This document shows positions 59,954 to 63,816 of a stretch of DNA of 63,816 nt, one piece after another; within the stretch, counting starts at the first letter, position 1; every line of letters starts with the position of its first letter. The notes under the pieces were generated by a model. The model was not told the DNA's origin, did no database searches, and was given only the letters and a program-made list of their open reading frames with translations. The DNA comes from Candidatus Staskawiczbacteria bacterium (GTDB lineage Bacteria > Patescibacteriota > Minisyncoccia > Minisyncoccales > Staskawiczbacteraceae): positions 1 to 63,816 of the forward strand of contig JAPLYZ010000011.1 in the NCBI GenBank assembly GCA_026395295.1, given 5' to 3'. The position numbers and the translations under genes are program-made.

Positions 59954-60106
59954 TCACCGTTTATCAGCGAAACATGACATGAAAAGACATATCGCGGCGC
60001 TGATAATACAGTAAGTGAAGCGGAGCAGAGTGTCGCCGGAAAGAAGGTCTATTATTCCGCCGGCGAGAAGCAGGAGTCCAATGATCTTAAAAATCTTTCG
60101 CGCCAT
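59954..60106 (-). CDS. Small two-helix membrane protein
   Basis: MARKIFKIIGLLLL..., AAAGGTGG Shine-Dalgarno upstream. Confidence 0.5.
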   Translation of the reverse strand: MARKIFKIIGLLLLAGGIIDLLSGDTLLRFTYCIISAAICLFMSCFADKR

Positions 60107-60196
60107 GGTATGCCCACCTTTCTGTAGTTTGCTCATTTTGCTTCCACAAAGTGAATTGTAAAAGGAGCTACTGATATATTATCAAATAAAGAAATA

Positions 60197-60553
60197 ATGT
60201 CAAATAGAATTGATAAAATAAATTCTTTGTTAGAACACGAAATAGGGAAAATAATTTCCAGGGATTTTGCTTTTTCCCCAGAAATTTTGGTCACCTTAAC
60301 GCGTGTTGCAACAACGTCCAACCTAATTGAAGCAAAAGTTTACATTTCTGTTTTCCCTGAAGAAAAGTTAGCAGGAATTATTAATGCCCTGCAAAAGTCG
60401 GTTTATGATATCCAATACAAAATTAACAGAACATTACGCCAGCGCCCAATACCCAAAATAAAATTCGTTAAAGAGACAGAAATTAGCAGAGCCGCGAAAA
60501 TTGAAGAATTGTTGGTTAAAGCAAGAGAAAGCGACCAGAAAGTTGAAAAATAG
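60197..60553 (+). CDS. rbfA: Ribosome-binding factor A
   Basis: RIDKINSLL, AKVYISV, RPIPKIKF; follows infB. Confidence 0.9.
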   Translation: MSNRIDKINSLLEHEIGKIISRDFAFSPEILVTLTRVATTSNLIEAKVYISVFPEEKLAGIINALQKSVYDIQYKINRTLRQRPIPKIKFVKETEISRAAKIEELLVKARESDQKVEK

Positions 60554-60619
60554 GAAAAAATAAAGTAAATTAGAAGAAGGTGGCACCCCGCTTAGCGGGG
60601 TAATAGCCATGATAAGCAT

Positions 60620-60694
60620 GGCACGGTAGCCAAGCAGTAAGGCAGGGGTCTGCAAAACCCCTATACGTGGGTGCAATTCCCGCCCGTGCCTCCA
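60620..60694 (+). tRNA. tRNA-Cys(GCA)
   Basis: GGGGT CT GCA AA ACCCC; U73 followed by CCA. Confidence 0.95.
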
Positions 60695-60695
60695 T

Positions 60696-60779
60696 GCCCT
60701 GGTGGTGGAATGGTATACACGCAACACTTAAAATGTTGTGAGGCTTGTCCTCATGCGGGTTCGACTCCCGCCCTGGGCA
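60696..60779 (+). tRNA. tRNA-Leu(TAA)
   Basis: CAACA CT TAA AA TGTTG; long variable arm. Confidence 0.95.
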
Positions 60780-60781
60780 CT

Positions 60782-60823
60782 AAAAACAAAAAGCTCTGCT
60801 TTTATGCAGAGCTTTTTGTTTTT
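60782..60823. terminator. Bidirectional intrinsic terminator
   Basis: AAAAACAAAAAGCTCTGC-ttttat-GCAGAGCTTTTTGTTTTT. Confidence 0.8.
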
Positions 60824-60827
60824 AGTG

Positions 60828-61268
60828 CTAGCTTTCTAAAACTTCTATGTCAACTATTTTAGCCCCAAAGTTTACTGCCGACTCTCTGTCGGGCATCCAG
60901 ATGTCCACGTGGTAATTTCCTTTCTTTTTGTTCATTCTGTCTTCAACAACGAAAACCTTGTCTCCATATAAATCTGGTATCCTAACCTCGGTACCGAAAG
61001 GTAACATATTGTTGGCGATTATGCCGTCTTCTACGCATTTCCCAGACGCGGTGACAAATGGGCTATCGTCTGTTTGGTCAAGGGTGCTGGAATAAGCAGT
61101 AATAACAACTTTAACCGTTTTAACAACCTTAGGAATGTCCATGTATGGAGCATTAACTGCGCCGGGGAAGTCAGCATCGGTTGTTTGGGGCATAAATAGG
61201 GCCGACAAGCAGATACAGGTCATTATGCCTATTAAAATAACTTTAAATGTATTCATAATGTTTATCAT
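60828..61268 (-). CDS. 3D-domain (cell-wall) protein
   Basis: TAYSS..QTDDSP..TASG, LPFGT, VEDR, VDIW. Confidence 0.85.
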   Translation of the reverse strand: MINIMNTFKVILIGIMTCICLSALFMPQTTDADFPGAVNAPYMDIPKVVKTVKVVITAYSSTLDQTDDSPFVTASGKCVEDGIIANNMLPFGTEVRIPDLYGDKVFVVEDRMNKKKGNYHVDIWMPDRESAVNFGAKIVDIEVLES

Positions 61269-61374
61269 TTACAAAAAACTCCCTTTCGGAAGTATGCATA
61301 TATGTTAGCATAATTTATTATCCGTGTCAATAGTTTTGAAGCAAAAAAAGCCCACCTTTTAGGTGGGCGATTTG

Positions 61375-61446
61375 AGCGGGTGAGCAGAATCGAACTGCCG
61401 TCTTAACCTTGGCAAGGTTACATAATAGCCACTATACGACACCCGC
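61375..61446 (-). tRNA. tRNA-Gly(GCC)
   Basis: TAACC TT GCC AA GGTTA; GCGGGTG/CACCCGC. Confidence 0.95.
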
Positions 61447-61451
61447 TTACG

Positions 61452-61528
61452 TGGTGCCTGGAGCCAGACTTGCACTGGCCACCCCAGCTTTTTCAGAGCT
61501 GTGCTCTAACTACCTGAGCTATCCAGGC
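61452..61528 (-). tRNA. tRNA-Phe(GAA)
   Basis: CAGCT CT GAA AA AGCTG; encoded CCA. Confidence 0.95.
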
Positions 61529-61538
61529 GTAAATTTTG

Positions 61539-61611
61539 TGGACGCTGCAGGACTCGAACCTGCGACCCTCTCAGTGTAAATGAGATGCTCTACCAACTGA
61601 GCTAAGCGTCC
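61539..61611 (-). tRNA. tRNA-Val(TAC)
   Basis: TCTCA TT TAC AC TGAGA. Confidence 0.95.
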
Positions 61612-61633
61612 ATTGGGTGACGAAAAAGACCTT

Positions 61634-61699
61634 TGTGCGCGGGACAGGAGTCGTCCAGTCATCCGACTGGACGACTCCTGTCGTATGACTGGACGAACC
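61634..61699 (-). repeat. tRNA-3'-end echo with double hairpin in the T-loop, copy 4
   Basis: GGTT CG tccagtc-atac-gacagga GT CG tccagtc-ggat-gactgga CG ACTCCTGTCCCGCGCACA. Confidence 0.85.
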
Positions 61700-61704
61700 G
61701 CGTG

Positions 61705-61786
61705 TGCTCTCGGTGGGACTCGAACCCACAAGCTGTGAAGCATACGCACCTCAAGCGTACGTGTATACCAGTTCCACCACGAGAGC
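61705..61786 (-). tRNA. tRNA-Leu(GAG)
   Basis: TACGC TT GAG GT GCGTA; long variable arm. Confidence 0.95.
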
Positions 61787-61792
61787 GTGCCT

Positions 61793-62215
61793 CTATTTTT
61801 TTTCTTCGGCCACTTTCTTTTCTATTGGCGCCACTTCGGCCACTGGTTCTTCAGGAGCAATAGCAACCGCAAAGTCCTTTTTCTTTAACCTTGATTTTTT
61901 CCCTTTGGCAGTTCTCAAATAGTAAAGTTTTGATCTCCTAACTTTTCCATGCCTGACAACTTCTATTTTATCTATTGATGGCGAGTGAATAGGGAAGACT
62001 CTTTCAACTCCAATTCCATCAACAACCTTTCTTACGGTTATTGTTGCCGGAATGCCCTCGCCGTGTTTTTTGGCGATAATTATTCCTTCAAAAATTTGGA
62101 TTCTGTCTTTTTCTCCCTCTTTTATTTTTTGGTGCACCTTAATTGTGTCACCGGGTCTTAATTCGGGATTTTTTTTCTCTTGTTCTTTATTAAATTTTTC
62201 TAAAAGTGTAATCAT
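61793..62215 (-). CDS. rplS: 50S ribosomal protein L19
   Basis: [33 protein letters not shown]. Confidence 0.97.
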   Translation of the reverse strand: MITLLEKFNKEQEKKNPELRPGDTIKVHQKIKEGEKDRIQIFEGIIIAKKHGEGIPATITVRKVVDGIGVERVFPIHSPSIDKIEVVRHGKVRRSKLYYLRTAKGKKSRLKKKDFAVAIAPEEPVAEVAPIEKKVAEEKK

Positions 62216-62216
62216 A

Positions 62217-62987
62217 TTATTTTTGTTCTAAATTTTTAATAATTTTGTTTAAATCGTCCGGTAGTTCTGACTTAAGCTCCTTAACTTCTCCGCCCGGCAA
62301 CTGGATTTTTAGATATGCCGAGTGTAAAAATTGCCTTGTCAACCCTTCCGGAATTTTAGAATTTTTAAAACTGTACATTTTATCTCCCGCAACAGGATGT
62401 CCTAAATAAGAAAAATGACACCGTATTTGGTGGCGTCTGCCTGTTTTAATTTGGACTTCGAGCAAGGTGTAGTCTTTGTATCGTTCCAAGACCCTGTACT
62501 CTGTGATTGCCTCTCTGGCTGATTTGGGGGCATTTATTGCAGAATATGCTCTTTGCTTTCTTGGGTCTCCTTTTGCTCTGGCTATAAGCGTTTCAATTGT
62601 TCCTGTATCTTCTTTGATATTTCCTTCAACTAATGCAATATACCTCTTTTCTATAGTTTTTTCAAGTCCCTCTCTATTCTTCTTGTCCGCCAGAGCCTTG
62701 GCGCCGGCGGAAAACTGTTTTTGCAAAAAAATCAAGGCCTCATTAGTTTTTGCCACCAACAAGACCCCGGAAGTGTCTTTATCCAGTCTGTGAACAATTC
62801 CATATCTTGGTGGCTCCCCGACGCCTGTAAGCTTGGGGTGTTCCTCTACAAGCCAATCTATCAGTGTTTTTCTTTGGCTCGCCGTAGCCTCGGAGGAGGC
62901 GGGTCCTTCCTCAAACACCACAACTCCTGTCGGCTTATCAACAACCAAAACATTTCCGTCCTCATAAATAATTTTCAGTTGAGCCAT
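62217..62987 (-). CDS. rluD: RluA/RluD family pseudouridine synthase
   Basis: [30 protein letters not shown]; two in-frame inserts. Confidence 0.88.
   Translation of the reverse strand: MAQLKIIYEDGNVLVVDKPTGVVVFEEGPASSEATASQRKTLIDWLVEEHPKLTGVGEPPRYGIVHRLDKDTSGVLLVAKTNEALIFLQKQFSAGAKALADKKNREGLEKTIEKRYIALVEGNIKEDTGTIETLIARAKGDPRKQRAYSAINAPKSAREAITEYRVLERYKDYTLLEVQIKTGRRHQIRCHFSYLGHPVAGDKMYSFKNSKIPEGLTRQFLHSAYLKIQLPGGEVKELKSELPDDLNKIIKNLEQK
62682..62711 (-). repeat. Family A palindrome, in-frame in rluD ([10 protein letters not shown])
   Basis: Reverse complement TCCGCCGGCGCCAAGGCTCTGGCGGACAAG. Confidence 0.75.
62872..62903 (-). repeat. Family A palindrome, in-frame in rluD ([10 protein letters not shown])
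   Basis: Reverse complement CCCGCCTCCTCCGAGGCTACGGCGAGCCAAAG. Confidence 0.8.
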
Positions 62988-63214
62988 TATTTTTGAGTCC
63001 TCGCCAAACAAGCTGAAACACAGGCTTCTTTTGTGGAAAACTTAGACATATCACCCGGAAGAATCCATTTTACGTTTCCGATGCTGTGGCAAGCTGTTCC
63101 GCAGTCTATGACTGTTACGGGGTTGAGGTCTTTTTGGCCCACCCAAATAGTGAGTGCCAGAATTATCACCAAGACAATCAGTATTAATATGCTTATTTTC
63201 TCATTTATTTTCAT
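62987..63214 (-). CDS. Small membrane-anchored Cys-containing protein
   Basis: TM helix followed by two CxxxC motifs. Confidence 0.55.
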   Translation of the reverse strand: MKINEKISILILIVLVIILALTIWVGQKDLNPVTVIDCGTACHSIGNVKWILPGDMSKFSTKEACVSACLARTQK

Positions 63215-63232
63215 AATTTTTGTTTGCGTTAT

Positions 63233-63680
63233 TTAATATTTGACAGTTCGGAATGGCTGGTCATTAAGTGTGCAGTCGCAATCTTGGCAGAGAATACGCT
63301 TGTATCCATAACCGCCTCCTGCGCCAGAGTAATCATTAAGGTATACTTCGCCACAGCCAATTTTTCCATTCCCGTCAGCGTCGGAAAGGTAAACATAGTA
63401 ACCTGTCTGGCTGGCAAAATAGTCTGTTTTATAATTTGATTTATAAATTTTAGACAGGTGAGGACAATTACTGCTATCGGTGCAGGTGGCAGTTTTTAAC
63501 CATGGGTCACCGGTGGTCATATCAAAGTATGCATCGACGTTTCCTTCGCCGTTCTGGCTGATTGGATATTCTCCGTACTGCGAGTAAAACATCATTAGAG
63601 CTTTGCCGATGTTTGTAGCGTCGGCGTTTGCTCTTGCAAGCTTCACCTTGCTGATATATTGGCTTACATTTGTTAAAATG
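63233..63680 (-). pseudogene. Type IV pilin-like gene truncated at its 5' end by an IS
   Basis: Frame extends to ILTNVSQYISKVKLARANAD..ALMMFYSQYGEYP; the N-terminal prepilin leader is replaced by an IS end. Confidence 0.65.
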
Positions 63681-63816
63681 CAAATTCACCCCCGAATCGC
63701 AACTGATTGACGGTTAATGTCGTAAGAAAAACGATTGTTCCTCCACGATTTGATATATTCAAGATTTAACATACCATGCTTTATCATTAATTCAAAAGGC
63801 GTCTTGTAGCCCAGGG
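63681..63816 (-). mobile_element. Right end of an IS30-family-like insertion sequence
   Basis: Minus strand encodes LGYKTPFE (transposase C-terminus) and ends GTTGCGATTCGGGGGTGAATTTG, resembling IS30-family IRs. Confidence 0.65.

Noticed and set aside
635..61699. Echo elements as intron-containing or split tRNA genes
   Set aside because: They have no 5' half, D-arm or anticodon arm, no bulge-helix-bulge or group I features, and the adjacent tRNAs are already complete.
1..63816. Alternative genetic code (TGA=Gly, as in Gracilibacteria/SR1)
   Set aside because: Conserved genes are uninterrupted in code 11, and several end at TGA at the expected position (e.g. 33250, 58347).

Overview
AT-rich, gene-dense bacterial chromosome segment read in genetic code 11. 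The gene set points by inference to a Patescibacteria/CPR (Parcubacteria-like) genome: VirB2-like pilin, short IF2, DUF5671, DUF2207, alpha-2-macroglobulin/PbpC and A-rich leaders without Shine-Dalgarno sites. It carries about 60 CDS, including cca, dprA-comM-yraN, nusA, hppA, tig-clpP-rny, mltG, a2M, a type II R-M pair, pckA, infB, rbfA and rplS. It also has 16 tRNA genes and the end of an IS30-like element that truncates a type IV pilin gene. The most unusual signal is non-coding. (1) Four copies of a ~65-bp element sit directly behind tRNA genes; each is a tRNA 3' end whose T-loop is split by two 20-nt hairpins at CG dinucleotides. (2) Several families of short strand-asymmetric palindromes are inserted in-frame in housekeeping genes (cca, tig, infB, nusA, rluD, dus and others). 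A dense nested cluster of one family lies in front of a small GIY-YIG nuclease, inside an integrase-less 3.1-kb islet bounded by a repeat of the tRNA-Ala 3' end. (3) Three further pairs of longer structured repeats (85-150 bp) are present. (4) A free-standing LAGLIDADG ORF has its stop codon inside tRNA-Ser. Protein calls rest on motif recognition by eye, not database searches.
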